From NCBI GenBank assembly GCA_951813015.1, contig CATOTG010000002.1:487475-551474 (forward strand): a DNA stretch of 64,000 nt, given 5' to 3'. Made by a program: the position numbers and the translations under genes. The DNA comes from an uncultured Thermoanaerobaculia bacterium (GTDB lineage: Bacteria; Acidobacteriota; Thermoanaerobaculia; Multivoradales; Multivoraceae). Shown here one piece after another: positions 20,613 to 30,542 of this stretch (position 1 is its first letter; each line of letters begins with the position of its first letter). Under the pieces are notes generated by a model, which saw only the letters and a list, made by a program, of their open reading frames with translations, was not told the origin of the DNA and ran no database searches.

Positions 20613-21380
20613 TCAACCGCAGCCCACGACTCCGCCGTCCACCGTGAAGGTCTGGCCAGTGGTCCACGAACCGGCGCGCGAGGCGAGGTAGACCGCGATG
20701 CCGGCGCAGTCTTCCGGCTCGCCGAGGCGCCGGAGCGGCGTTCTCGCAGCTACCGCCTGCTCCCGCTTCGGGTCCTCCCACAGGGCGCGCGCGAAGTTGG
20801 TCTTCACCAGGCCGGGGCAGACGGCATTGACCCGGATGTTGTCGGGACCGAACTCGGCCGCCAGGTTCCGCGCGAGTTGCATGTCCGCAGCCTTGGAGAT
20901 GGAGTAGGCGCCGAGCACCGCGGTGCCGCGGAAGCCACCCACCGAGGACACGATGACGATCGACCCGTCCCGGCGTTCCTGCATCTCGGGAATCACCATC
21001 TGACACAGCCAGTGGACGCTCTTGATGTTGACCTCCATCACCTTGTCGAACGCCGAGTCCGGAATGCCCAGGCTCGATCCGTAGTACGGATTGACCGCCG
21101 CGTTGACGACCAGGTTGTCGATCTTCCCCCAGCGCTCCCGGGTCGCCGCGACCAGGCGCTCCAGCTGATCCTTGTGACCGACGTGGCAGGGGTGGGCCAT
21201 CGCCTCGCCGCCGCTCTCGTTGATCGCCGCCGCGACCGCCTCGCAGGCATCCGCCTTGCGGCTCGAGATGACGACCTTCGAGCCAAAGGCCGCCATGCCC
21301 TCGGCCATCGCCTTGCCGATGCCCTTCGTCGATCCGGTGATGACGCTCACTTTGCCGGTGAGGTCGAACAGGTCCTTCAT
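20613..21380 (-). CDS. Short-chain dehydrogenase/reductase (DHRS4-like)
   Basis: TGSTKGIG, VNAAVNP, YSISK, RVNAVCPG. Confidence 0.94.
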   Translation of the reverse strand: MKDLFDLTGKVSVITGSTKGIGKAMAEGMAAFGSKVVISSRKADACEAVAAAINESGGEAMAHPCHVGHKDQLERLVAATRERWGKIDNLVVNAAVNPYYGSSLGIPDSAFDKVMEVNIKSVHWLCQMVIPEMQERRDGSIVIVSSVGGFRGTAVLGAYSISKAADMQLARNLAAEFGPDNIRVNAVCPGLVKTNFARALWEDPKREQAVAARTPLRRLGEPEDCAGIAVYLASRAGSWTTGQTFTVDGGVVGCG

Positions 21381-21558
21381 CGTCCGTTCTCCTTGCTTGT
21401 GGCCGTAGCGGCCTTGGGTCCCATGAGTTCAGGAAGACCCGGGAGGCTACCAGCCCGACCGCTGCTGCTACAGTCGCCGCCGCCGTCCCGACGCTCCGTT
21501 CTCCCTTCCGCCAGCGCTGTGCCTGCAGCTGCCAGAAGGCGCCGGAGCACCCGCCGCC

Positions 21559-22722
21559 ATGACCAACGCCGCCCACTCGAGCAGCCCGCCCGCGAATCCG
21601 ATTCCGATGCGGGTCGGCATGACGGCGCCCGAAGCGTTCCCGGCCGCCGAGATGGCCGAGGCGGCCGGCCGCGCGATTCTCGACATCGGGAAGAACTTCG
21701 CTTTCTACCCCGGTGATCTCGGCCATCCCGGTCTGCGCGAGGTGCTCGCCCGACGCGAAGCGGACCGCGAGGGCGTGGACGTCGACCCCGACGAAGTCGC
21801 GCTGACCAACGGCTCCATGCAGGCGGTGACGCTGGTGGGCAGGGCGCTGATGGAGCAGCCTGGCGACATCGTGATCACGGAGGAGACGACCTACTCGGGC
21901 ACCCTCGGCGCCTACCGGGGGCTCGGCTACCGCCTGGTCGGCGTGCCGACGGACGAGCAGGGCATGGACATCGGCGAACTGCGCCGGACGCTGGGGAGCC
22001 TGGCCGCGGACGGCAGGAAGCCGCGATTCATCTACACGCTGCCGACCTACCACAACCCGACCGGCGCCGTGATGCCCCGCGAGCGGCGACTCGAGATGAT
22101 CGAGGCGGCGCGCGAGTTCGAGGTGCTTCTGGTCGAGGACAACTGCTACGCCGATGTCCACTACGACGACGCGCCGCAGCCGCCGCAGTCGCTCTACAGT
22201 CTGGCCGCGGGCGAGGGCGTCGTCTACATCGGGTCGCTGTCCAAGATCCTCGGCGCCGGCGTCCGGATCGGCTACTTCCTGGCCAGGCAGCCGCTCCAGC
22301 AGCGGTTTCTCGACCGGCGCTTCGACGCCGGCCAGAGCACGCTTTCATCGAGCATCGTGGCGGAACTGCTGCGCGGCCGGCTGCCGGCTCAGATCGAGCG
22401 CAACAACGCCGCGCTGCTACCGAAGCGTGACGCGCTGCTGGCAGCACTCGCGGAGCAGCTCGGCGGCATCTGCACCTGGCGCAGGCCAGCCGGCGCGATG
22501 TTCCTGTGGGTCGGCCTGCCCGACGAGGTGGACCGCGAAGAGCTGTTCGCGCTGAGCGAGCAGCGCGGCCTCGACTACGGCCACGGCGCCGCCTATCACG
22601 CGGGGGGCAAGGACGTGCCATTCCTCCGCCTCGCCTACGCCTGCCCCTCCGTGGACAGGATCAGGGACGGCGTCGCGTTGCTGGCAGGATGCCTGCGCGA
22701 GCTGGCGCCCCACCGGTTCTGA
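21559..22722 (+). CDS. PLP-dependent aminotransferase class I (2-aminoadipate transaminase/MocR-type)
   Basis: TNGSMQA, YTLPTYHNPTG, EDNCY, SLSKILGAGVRIG. Confidence 0.92.
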   Translation: MTNAAHSSSPPANPIPMRVGMTAPEAFPAAEMAEAAGRAILDIGKNFAFYPGDLGHPGLREVLARREADREGVDVDPDEVALTNGSMQAVTLVGRALMEQPGDIVITEETTYSGTLGAYRGLGYRLVGVPTDEQGMDIGELRRTLGSLAADGRKPRFIYTLPTYHNPTGAVMPRERRLEMIEAAREFEVLLVEDNCYADVHYDDAPQPPQSLYSLAAGEGVVYIGSLSKILGAGVRIGYFLARQPLQQRFLDRRFDAGQSTLSSSIVAELLRGRLPAQIERNNAALLPKRDALLAALAEQLGGICTWRRPAGAMFLWVGLPDEVDREELFALSEQRGLDYGHGAAYHAGGKDVPFLRLAYACPSVDRIRDGVALLAGCLRELAPHRF

Positions 22723-22983
22723 AAGACGCCGCGACGCCCCCGTCTACCAGGGTTGGTCACCTCGCCGATCGTGCGCCTGATTCGCGAGCCGCGCTACCGC
22801 CTTCCAGATCCGCGGGCGGCTGCCGATCCGCTCCCGCTGGATTCACGCTCTCCGTTCACGCTTGTGTGTTCCACTTCAGGCCGAGGGAGGTTCACTTCTC
22901 GCTGGACAGCTCGCGACCCGCAACGCCGCTCGGCTCGCGTACCATGGCGCCAGGCACACGGGGCCCATCCCCTCGAAGCTCTC

Positions 22984-23206
22984 ATGCGACAGGCACAGAC
23001 CAGCTTGGCGGACCAGCCGAGCAACGACTTGCAGAGGCGCCTCGCACGAGTACTTGAACCCCGGCAGGAGATCCTGGAGGCCTATCTCTTCGGCTCGCAC
23101 GGGCGTGGCGAGGCCGGAGCGATGAGCGACATCGATGTCGCCGTCTACGTCGACGATCGTTCGCCTCCGCTAAGCCCCTACGGCTACGAGGCGGACCTGA
23201 TCGCAG
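22984..23206 (+). pseudogene. MntA-like minimal nucleotidyltransferase (antitoxin) N-terminal fragment, cut by an IS3 end
   Basis: AYLFGSHGRGEAGAMSDIDVAV (GS..DxD motif); homology ends at the IS terminus at 23207. Confidence 0.8.
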
Positions 23207-23812
23207 TGAGGTGGTCCCGGTTCTTTGGACAGTTTCAAGGCAGAGCCAAGGTGTACTCCATTGGTTGATCACGCCGCAGCCGCCGTCGCCGGGGCTGTGG
23301 AAAACTGCGGAATCTGCGGAAAACCCGATTCGTCCCGGAGGCGAGTGTCGGAAGTCGCATCGGGGCTGGCGCCGCGATAGACCTCGTTTGGGGTCTTTGC
23401 CCTGGTGGGATGAATGCGGCCGCTCGAGATTGTAGAAGGCGATCCACTCGCCGATCACCTGCCGCGCCTCGATGCCGTCGGCGAGTTCGTGCAGGTAGAC
23501 GGCCTCGTACTTGAGTGAGCGCCAGAGGCGCTCGATGAAGACGTTGTCCAGACACCGGCCGCGCCCGTCCATCGAGATTCTGACCTTGGCGTCCTTGAGC
23601 ACGCCGACGAAGTCCGCCGAGGTGAACTGGCTGCCCTGGTCCGTGTTGAAGGTGTCGGGCTTGCCCCAACGGGCCAGGGCCTCTTCGAGGGCCTCGACGC
23701 AGAACGAAGCGTCGAGGCTGTTCGACAGCCGCCAGGACAGCACCCGCCGGCTCGCCCAGTCCATCACCGCGACCAGGTACAGGAAGCCGCCTCGCACCGG
23801 GATGTACGTGGT
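23207..23812 (-). mobile_element. IS3-family element remnant (right end plus DDE core fragment)
   Basis: TYIP..GFLYLVAVMDWASRRVLSW, NTDQGSQFTS, SMDGRGRCLDNVFIERLWRSLKYE, FYNLERPHSS; terminal tgaggtggtcccggttctttggacagttt; orfA and left end absent. Confidence 0.92.
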
Positions 23813-23974
23813 GTGCGCTTCCTCGATGCGGAATCGGGGAGCTTCCTGCCGACGGCGGAAGAAGCCAGACGGCAGGAGGAGAGCCGCGCCGATGCCGCGG
23901 AAGCCCGGATTGCCGAACTGGAACGTCTGCTGGCGGTTTCGGATGGTCCCGACGGACCCGCCGCCAACGAGTGA
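23813..23974 (+). pseudogene. C-terminal tail fragment of a Uma2-family endonuclease-like protein
   Basis: VRFLDAESGSFLPTAEEARRQEESRADAAEARIAELERLL resembles the coiled-coil tail of Uma2/DUF820 proteins. Confidence 0.55.
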
Positions 23975-24070
23975 AGGTCCGCCAGAAACGCCGTCGCAAG
24001 GGTTCGGGCAGAGCCCTGTTGGCGGACGACGAGACGACAAAGGCGGTGGTCTCGTTCAGCTCGGAACACC

Positions 24071-25360
24071 TCAATCGTCCGGCGGCTTCTCCGCGTCGGC
24101 CGCAATCGCGTCAGGTACCCGATTCTCCGTTTCCTCCGCATTCTGCGCCACATCCTTCTCCTGAGTCGCCTTGCCGCCCAGCCACGGCATGCTGGCGCGG
24201 TCAGCAGAGATCTCTGCCTCAAGGTCCGGTTCGGTCTGTGCCATGTGAGGCGCCAACGCCAGATCAACATGTTCTGCATACTTCCGGCTCCCGCCACCCT
24301 CCGACTCCCGTGTCTCCACGACCACGGCGCGACGGCCGCTCGGGCTCACGAACCAGGCCGCCGGGAGGCCGGAACGCCACTCCGAAACATGGTTCTCCTC
24401 AACACGGGACCACCGATCCCGCCAAACGTGCTCGATCCGATGGCGGCCTCCTCGCGTAGCAAGCCGCACCGCACCGCGTTCCGGATGAGGCTCGGCGGTA
24501 GAATTCCCGACCACCAGGAACGGTTCCTCCCCGAGCGGCGACAGCCCGAAGTCCCAAAGATCGTATGCTCTCCAGTAGAGGGACGTCCGGGCCCAAAGCA
24601 CACGTTCGTCCCACTGCCAACGAAAATCGTACTCCTCGACGCCATTCTCGAACAGAATCGGCACTGCAAGAGGAGAGGAGCCGTTGGCTGAGAAGTGCAG
24701 GACATAGGCGCCACCGCTCCACGGCGTGAGTACGACAGGACCGTCTGAGTCGAGAAAGACAAACCCTGGCGCCATCGGCCACTTGAACCCACTGGTGCGA
24801 ACGTCTCTCTCGGCGCCGACATCCGCGCTCTCAGTTCGCTTGGTCCTTGTCTCGCGCAACAGCGTTCTGCCAAAGCGAAAGCCGGTTCCGCTGTCGTCGA
24901 CCAGGCCCCAGGCTCGCCCATCTCCCGAGACATCGACTGGAACCCCGTGGTTGCCCACCGCGGGTCCGTACTCGCGGGATCCGAACTCGCGACTGCTGAA
25001 CGCCCAATAGACTCGAAGATCTCCGTCGCGACCTATTCCGATGATCTCGTCGACCGGATCCCACTGTCCATCTCTCCTGTAGCCGGACAGCAACAAGCGA
25101 CCGTCCGAAAGAACCGAAACGTACCGCACCGAGATGCCTGACATGTCAACGCGTCTGATCCTCTTTCCGTTGATCTGCACGACGACCGAGCCATCAGCCG
25201 GATCATTGCTCCTTCGAATGACAAGGAGCGCCCGACCCTCGTCATCGACGAAACCGCCGGCAACTTCGCCTGAAGGCAGCTCAACCTCGGCCGCCAGTGC
25301 GACGGCGCTCAATGCCACGAGAACAAGACCACCTACGACAACCCGTAACACTTTAGACAT
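24071..25360 (-). CDS. Secreted Trp-rich protein of unknown function, partner (candidate immunity protein) of the upstream M23 protein
   Basis: Sec signal MSKVLRVVVGGLVLVALSAVALA; starts 23 bp after the M23 stop; paralogous to 28681-30270. Confidence 0.75.
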   Translation of the reverse strand: MSKVLRVVVGGLVLVALSAVALAAEVELPSGEVAGGFVDDEGRALLVIRRSNDPADGSVVVQINGKRIRRVDMSGISVRYVSVLSDGRLLLSGYRRDGQWDPVDEIIGIGRDGDLRVYWAFSSREFGSREYGPAVGNHGVPVDVSGDGRAWGLVDDSGTGFRFGRTLLRETRTKRTESADVGAERDVRTSGFKWPMAPGFVFLDSDGPVVLTPWSGGAYVLHFSANGSSPLAVPILFENGVEEYDFRWQWDERVLWARTSLYWRAYDLWDFGLSPLGEEPFLVVGNSTAEPHPERGAVRLATRGGRHRIEHVWRDRWSRVEENHVSEWRSGLPAAWFVSPSGRRAVVVETRESEGGGSRKYAEHVDLALAPHMAQTEPDLEAEISADRASMPWLGGKATQEKDVAQNAEETENRVPDAIAADAEKPPDD

Positions 25361-25383
25361 TTTGTTTGCCCCCCTTTTCTCGT

Positions 25384-27039
25384 CTACTGAGCATTTTCAC
25401 ACTGCTCCGGGCCAGTTTTGAAGGTGAATCCGGCAGCCTTCGCGGGGCCTCGATCCGCAAGAGGATCAAGGGCAACATCGTCTGGCCCAACCAGCTTGAA
25501 ATGGTGGTGTGCGCCAAATTGGCGACCCGAACCACCCCAACGTCCTATCTGATCGCCAGCTTCAACCCTTGAACCCTCCGCGGGCCGCGAATCGCGATCA
25601 AGATGACAGTGCACTTCGTAGCCACCGTCGTCATGGCGAATTCTCACGTACCATCCACAACCCGCCGGCTGCAGCGGGGGAAGCATCACTAAGCCTCCGC
25701 GGAACGCAGAGAACGTTGCGTCGCTGTGAGTCTGGATGTCGATTCCGGTGTGAGTCCTCTCGCCCCGGGGTGCGCCGAAGAGGTCGCCCTCATTGAAGTT
25801 CCAGCCACAATCCCGAATCCTTGTCGTAAGCGTCGCCGGATTCACGCCGGTTGGGGTTGGCCCCGGCGTTGCCCCGCCCGGATCCGGGTCCGGTTCCGGA
25901 ACCGGATCTGGCGCCGGGTCGCCTTCGCCGGGTCCCGTGCCCGGCGGCGGGCCGTCGTCTTCCGGTATATGCGGCACAGGTATCGGCTTGCTCACGACCT
26001 TGGTCTCTCCGCCCTTGAACACGACCTTGCCGTCCTCGCATAAGAAGCCATCCTCGAGCTTCGTGTCGTCGTCGCAACTCAGTACCTTGGGGCCGTCGCC
26101 GCCGAACCCCGAAATCTGGGACTCCGGGGCCGGGACGTACCGATGGCAGCTGCCACCAGAAGCAAGGTAGCCAACGGGACATTGGACGGCCGCAAGGATC
26201 ATGAAGTTCGCCCGACCTCCACCAGAAGGGTACACCCGGACGCTGTGCGAGCCGGCCTCCAGCTCCCCGCTCCAGTACTCGTCTCTCACGCCGGTGCGAT
26301 TCGTGCAGGAGGAGCCGTCCACGGAACAGTCGACGTCCCGATTCATGCCGGTCAGCCAGACGCGCACGGTCTGACACGACAACAACGTGAACGTGTAAGT
26401 CTGCTCCAGGCTGTCCGTTGCCGTTTCGAACAGGACCCCGACCTGCGACTCCACCACCGGCGACGGTGGCGGCGGTGGCGGCGGCGGCGGCGGTGGCGGC
26501 GGTGGCGGTGGCGGCGTTCCTGTCAAGGGCGGCAGCGGCGCTGAGCCGCTGACGCTCAGCGTCCAACTGCGGGTACCGCTTCCGTACGGATACACGTTCA
26601 CCGTGTGAGTTCCCGCCTCCAGCCTGCCTGTCGAGGAATCGTCCGTCGTGCTGCCGTGGTTCGTGCACCGCAAACCGTTCAGGGAACGGTCGACGTCCCG
26701 GTTCATGCCCGTGAGGCTCAGGCTCACGTCGGTCGTGGACTCCAGATCGAACAGGTAGGTCTTCTCGCCCGAAACGTCGGTCTCCGACACCGTGAACGGC
26801 AGCTCATGGACCTTGCGGACCTTTGGGGGCGACGACGGCGGATCTGGTTCTTCTGTCGGCGGAGGGCCTGGCGGATTTCCGAGACCGATGGACGGCGCCG
26901 TCACCGTCACGGTGAACGAGACGGAGTCCGTCCTGCCTGCGCGGTCCGAAACGCTGTAGACAACCGTGTATGTCGTGTCCTGCTGGACGGTCGGAAGTGT
27001 TCCCTGGGCCCGAAGGGACGCATCCGCAAGCGCTACCCG
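25384..27039 (-). CDS. 5'-truncated modular surface protein: Ig-like remnant, two PPC-like domains, poly-Pro linker, C-terminal M23 metallopeptidase
   Basis: M23 motifs HTGID, HCHL, GAHHHF..LDPL; two LTGMNRDVD..LEAG.H.V.VYP repeats; frame stays open upstream of GTG 26910 to the sulfatase stop (GTLPTV..TYTVVYSVSD..SVSFTVTV) with no signal peptide. Confidence 0.8.
   Translation of the reverse strand, partial: RVALADASLRAQGTLPTVQQDTTYTVVYSVSDRAGRTDSVSFTVTVTAPSIGLGNPPGPPPTEEPDPPSSPPKVRKVHELPFTVSETDVSGEKTYLFDLESTTDVSLSLTGMNRDVDRSLNGLRCTNHGSTTDDSSTGRLEAGTHTVNVYPYGSGTRSWTLSVSGSAPLPPLTGTPPPPPPPPPPPPPPPPPSPVVESQVGVLFETATDSLEQTYTFTLLSCQTVRVWLTGMNRDVDCSVDGSSCTNRTGVRDEYWSGELEAGSHSVRVYPSGGGRANFMILAAVQCPVGYLASGGSCHRYVPAPESQISGFGGDGPKVLSCDDDTKLEDGFLCEDGKVVFKGGETKVVSKPIPVPHIPEDDGPPPGTGPGEGDPAPDPVPEPDPDPGGATPGPTPTGVNPATLTTRIRDCGWNFNEGDLFGAPRGERTHTGIDIQTHSDATFSAFRGGLVMLPPLQPAGCGWYVRIRHDDGGYEVHCHLDRDSRPAEGSRVEAGDQIGRWGGSGRQFGAHHHFKLVGPDDVALDPLADRGPAKAAGFTFKTGPEQCENAQ
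26126..26447. repeat. 322-bp dispersed repeat, copy 1 (PPC-like domain 2)
   Basis: Matches 28724-29045 with about 13 mismatches by manual alignment. Confidence 0.95.
26465..26516. repeat. GGC/GGT triplet run encoding a poly-proline linker on the minus strand
   Basis: ggtggcggcggtggcggcggcggc... Confidence 0.9.
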
Positions 27040-27041
27040 CT

Positions 27042-28397
27042 TCAGTCCAGATAGCCGAGTGCCCGGAGGCGTCGGCGCACGTCCTCGTCGATCTGGTCTT
27101 CCTCGATTTCTTCGGCGGCGGCGATTTCGCCGGTGAGGTTCCGGTCGGCCAGCAGGTCCAGCATCCGCTCCACGATGTCGGGCCGCTCGCTGGCCAGGTC
27201 CTCCAGTTCGCCCGGATCCGCCTCCAGGTCGAAGAGCATTGGCGCCGCTCCTTGGGAAGCCGACTGCGGCAGCACGAGCTTGTATCGGCCGCGGATCACG
27301 GAGGCCGCGCGGTGGCCATCGACGTCGAGGTGGGTGTACACATCGGGCCTGGCGTCACCACGGCGTCGTCGCGCCAGCAGGTCCCTGCCGTCGGTGGGCG
27401 GCGCCTCGATGCCAAGGTACGCGAGCAGGGTCGGCAGGAGGTCCACGTGCTGGGCGGGAGTCTCGATCCGCCGCGGCGGCACGCCGGGAAGACGGATGAC
27501 GAAGGGAACGCGGAGCACCTCTTCGTAGAGCGACAGCCCGTGCTCCCAGCGACCGTGCTCCGCGAACTCCTCGCCGTGGTCGGAGACGTAGATCACGATG
27601 ACATCCTCCGCCAGGCCGCGCGCCTCGAGTTCGTCGAGCAACTCGCCGAAGGCGCGGTCGTTCTGCGCCACCTCCGCGTCGTAGAGCCGCGAAAGCGCCT
27701 CGGCCGTGCCTTCGTCGGGCTCGACTTCGCCCCGATTCAGCTCCAGCAGGTACCGGACGGTCCGGTAGTGCGCGGGTGCATCGCCGGCGTCGAACATCTG
27801 TTCGAATTCCGGCGCCGGGTCGTAGGGCCCGTGCGGATCGATCGCATGGAGATAGAGGAAGAACGGCGCTCCGGCGTCCTGCCGTTCATCCAGCCACAGC
27901 CGCACCCGCTCCAGCATCGTCTCGTCCCGGTCGCGGTCCTCGGAGCGGAAGCGGGTGAACCCCTGGGCGAAGCCAAAAGCCCGGCCGACGTTCGGGTTGC
28001 GGACCAGGCCCATCCCCTCGTAGCCGTTCGCGGCCAGGATCTCGGCCAGGGTCGTCGCATCCTCGGGGAGCACGGAACGGCGGCCGACGGTGCGGTGTGC
28101 GGGCGGCAGAAGGCCCGTGAACAGGGACGCCATTGCCGGACGGGTCCAGGACGACTGGGCGTAGGCGTTCTCGAACACCAGAGCGCCCGTGGCGAAGGCG
28201 TCGAGCCGCGGCGAGGTCGGCCTCTGGTAGCCGTAGACGCCGAGACGATCCGCGCGGACGGTGTCCACGACGTAGAGAACGATGTTTGGCCGCCGCGACT
28301 CGGACGTTCGGTCCGGCAGCCCAGCGCCGCAGGAGGCCAGGACCACCGCCAGCGCCGGTGCACCCAGGAAGCGACAAGCGGAACGAGCGTCGCTCAT
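27042..28397 (-). CDS. Sulfatase-like hydrolase (Ser-type), probable lipoprotein
   Basis: PNIVLYVVDTVRADRLG, QSSWTRPAMASLFTG, DPHGPY, SDHGEEF.EHG.WEHG; lipobox-like VLASC. Confidence 0.9.
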   Translation of the reverse strand: MSDARSACRFLGAPALAVVLASCGAGLPDRTSESRRPNIVLYVVDTVRADRLGVYGYQRPTSPRLDAFATGALVFENAYAQSSWTRPAMASLFTGLLPPAHRTVGRRSVLPEDATTLAEILAANGYEGMGLVRNPNVGRAFGFAQGFTRFRSEDRDRDETMLERVRLWLDERQDAGAPFFLYLHAIDPHGPYDPAPEFEQMFDAGDAPAHYRTVRYLLELNRGEVEPDEGTAEALSRLYDAEVAQNDRAFGELLDELEARGLAEDVIVIYVSDHGEEFAEHGRWEHGLSLYEEVLRVPFVIRLPGVPPRRIETPAQHVDLLPTLLAYLGIEAPPTDGRDLLARRRRGDARPDVYTHLDVDGHRAASVIRGRYKLVLPQSASQGAAPMLFDLEADPGELEDLASERPDIVERMLDLLADRNLTGEIAAAEEIEEDQIDEDVRRRLRALGYLD

Positions 28398-28680
28398 GGG
28401 GGGCAGGGGCCGGCCCAAGGTCGGCGATCTTCTCCTGCACGAGTTGCTTCTGCCTGCTTCTGCGAACATGGAACCCGCGACACCCTGGAGGCGCCGGGAA
28501 CGGCGGCATGTCGAGCGCAAGACGACCGCCAGCCGAACCATAGCAAGTGGCCTTGCAGCCCGTGGCAGAAGTCACGCTGCATTCGAGCGGCCAGGCATCC
28601 CGCCCGGCATCGTTGCTCCTTTGGTCGAGCATGGCCCGTTGCGGTCCGGCGGCGTCCGGCGCCGTCGCCGGCCGCGCAGC

Positions 28681-30270
28681 CTAATTCTGCGGGGCCTCCG
28701 CTTCGTTCACTTCCGTTGCAACGGGGGCCGGGACGTACCGATGGCAGCTGCCACCAGAAGCAAGGTAGCCAACGGGACATTGGACGGCCGCAAGGATCAT
28801 GAAGTTCGCCCGACCTCCACCGGAAGGGTACACCCGGACGCTGTGCGAGCCGGCCTCCAACTCCCCGGTCCAGTACTCGTCGCTCACTCCGGTGCGATTC
28901 GTGCAGGAAGAGCCGTCCACGGAACAGTCGACGTCCCGGTTCATGCCGGTCAGCCAGACACGCACCGTCTGACGCGACAACAACGTGAACGTGTAAGTCT
29001 GCTCCAGGCTGTCCGTTGCGGTTTCGAACAGTAGCCCGACCTGCGTCTTCAGCACGGGCGTTGGATCGGTCGGCGCCTCCAAGGCCGCATCCACCGGCGG
29101 CACTGAGGTCGGTTCGAACCGCAAGTCCAACTTGCGCACAGGAATTTCCAAGTCGTCGTCCTCCAAAACTCGCGTCCCCAGGGTCACGGCGTGACGACCG
29201 TTCGCACTCACCAACAGCGTCGGAAGATGATGACCTTCTCGCGGCGGCGGGCCGCCCTGCCACTCCGAAACGTGAAGCTCTTCGCGCGCAGTCCACGGAT
29301 CGCGCCACAAGTGCTCCACCCGGTACTCGCCATCACGCCGAACCACCCGGACGAGCCCCCGGTCCGAATGAACCCGCCATCCGCTTGCCCGCTCGACTTC
29401 CCAGATCGGCTCGGCGCCGCCGCCAGACAGGCCAAGGTTCCAGAGATGGTAGGCGCGCAGTACCTTGGCCGTAGCCGACCACAGGATCTTGTCTTGCTGC
29501 TGCCAGCCAGCGCGCCTTTCCTCCTTCTCGCGAAAGACCGGCACCTTGTAGCTGCAGTCCTTCTTGACGCAGTGCACGACGAACTGCCGACCCCGTCCGT
29601 AATCCGGCCAGGAAACCGCCAGAATCGGCCCTCTGGAGTCCAGGATGCTCCACCCTTCCGATTCCTCGGAAAACCCCCCGCCCGGTTCCTCAAACCGCAC
29701 CGAAAGAACCCGCGAAACCTCGGCATGGCGCTTCCGGAAGTGACCCACTGCAATCTCCAACCCATGGAGACCAGCATCGGCAACACCCCAAAGCCCGCCA
29801 TCACGGGCGGCCGAGAACCAGTAGTCCATCCAGGCCGGCTCAGACGGCTCATCCCGACTATTCAACTCCCACAGCTGGCGCAGCGTGCCGTCCGCGTTAA
29901 ATTCCAGCACTTCCTGCACAAGAACGCCGTAACCGTCCCGGTCGCGAGGACCCTTCAGACTCCAGAGCCGGAAGCGGCCTTCGCCACGCCTGGCGAGACT
30001 CTTCCCCCAAACTTCGGGCAGCTCGACCGAGTCGGTTATCGCTCCGCTCGGCCCTCTGCGGACGAGAACGGAAAGGTCCGGCGCATCCGGAGAATACGAT
30101 CTTTTCCGGTAGAGAAGCAACACAGTCCCGTCGTCTTCCACGAAGCCCCCTGCGACTTCATGGCCTGCAAGTGTTGTCTCGGCCGGGTAGCCGGCGGTGG
30201 CAAAGCCACCGAAGAGGAAGAGTATGCCGAGGGCGCGAAACGTCCGAATCACTCCTGTTACTCCTCGCAT
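28681..30270 (-). CDS. Secreted paralog of 24071-25360, fused in-frame to a copy of PPC-like domain 2
   Basis: Signal peptide; EVAGGFVEDDG, RAYHLWNLGLS, EHLWRDPW..HVSEW align with the paralog; last ~120 aa are encoded by the 322-bp repeat plus a short tail. Confidence 0.75.
   Translation of the reverse strand: MRGVTGVIRTFRALGILFLFGGFATAGYPAETTLAGHEVAGGFVEDDGTVLLLYRKRSYSPDAPDLSVLVRRGPSGAITDSVELPEVWGKSLARRGEGRFRLWSLKGPRDRDGYGVLVQEVLEFNADGTLRQLWELNSRDEPSEPAWMDYWFSAARDGGLWGVADAGLHGLEIAVGHFRKRHAEVSRVLSVRFEEPGGGFSEESEGWSILDSRGPILAVSWPDYGRGRQFVVHCVKKDCSYKVPVFREKEERRAGWQQQDKILWSATAKVLRAYHLWNLGLSGGGAEPIWEVERASGWRVHSDRGLVRVVRRDGEYRVEHLWRDPWTAREELHVSEWQGGPPPREGHHLPTLLVSANGRHAVTLGTRVLEDDDLEIPVRKLDLRFEPTSVPPVDAALEAPTDPTPVLKTQVGLLFETATDSLEQTYTFTLLSRQTVRVWLTGMNRDVDCSVDGSSCTNRTGVSDEYWTGELEAGSHSVRVYPSGGGRANFMILAAVQCPVGYLASGGSCHRYVPAPVATEVNEAEAPQN
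28724..29045. repeat. 322-bp dispersed repeat, copy 2
   Basis: Matches 26126-26447. Confidence 0.95.
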
Positions 30271-30542
30271 GTCTCGGGATCACCCTCAAAGTCGAAGCTG
30301 AATCCTTGTTCCTTCATGGCATCTTCTCCTCCCCACAAGTCAAGTGGATCCAGCTTCTTGTTCTCGGGGTTGCCAGGTTCGGTCCACTGCAAGTGAAGAT
30401 GAGGCCCACTAGAGTTTCCGGTTTCACCATCCCGGCCGATGAGCGCTCCGGCCGCCACATCGCCCGGCTCCACATCGTGATTCGGATCAAGATGACAGAT
30501 CGTAAACCAGGTGTCATCGGATCGGGTGATTCTGGCGAGCAC
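30258..30542 (-). pseudogene. M23 peptidase C-terminal fragment (orphan module)
   Basis: TICHLD..VEPGDVAAGALIGRDGETGNSSGPHLHLQW..KLDPL; lacks the HxxxD motif; overlaps the start of the partner gene. Confidence 0.8.

Noticed and set aside
26126..29045. 322-bp repeat as a diversity-generating retroelement TR/VR pair or an assembly duplicate
   Set aside because: Mismatches are not adenine-specific and are mostly synonymous, and no reverse transcriptase is present; about 13 differences argue against a duplicated-assembly artifact.
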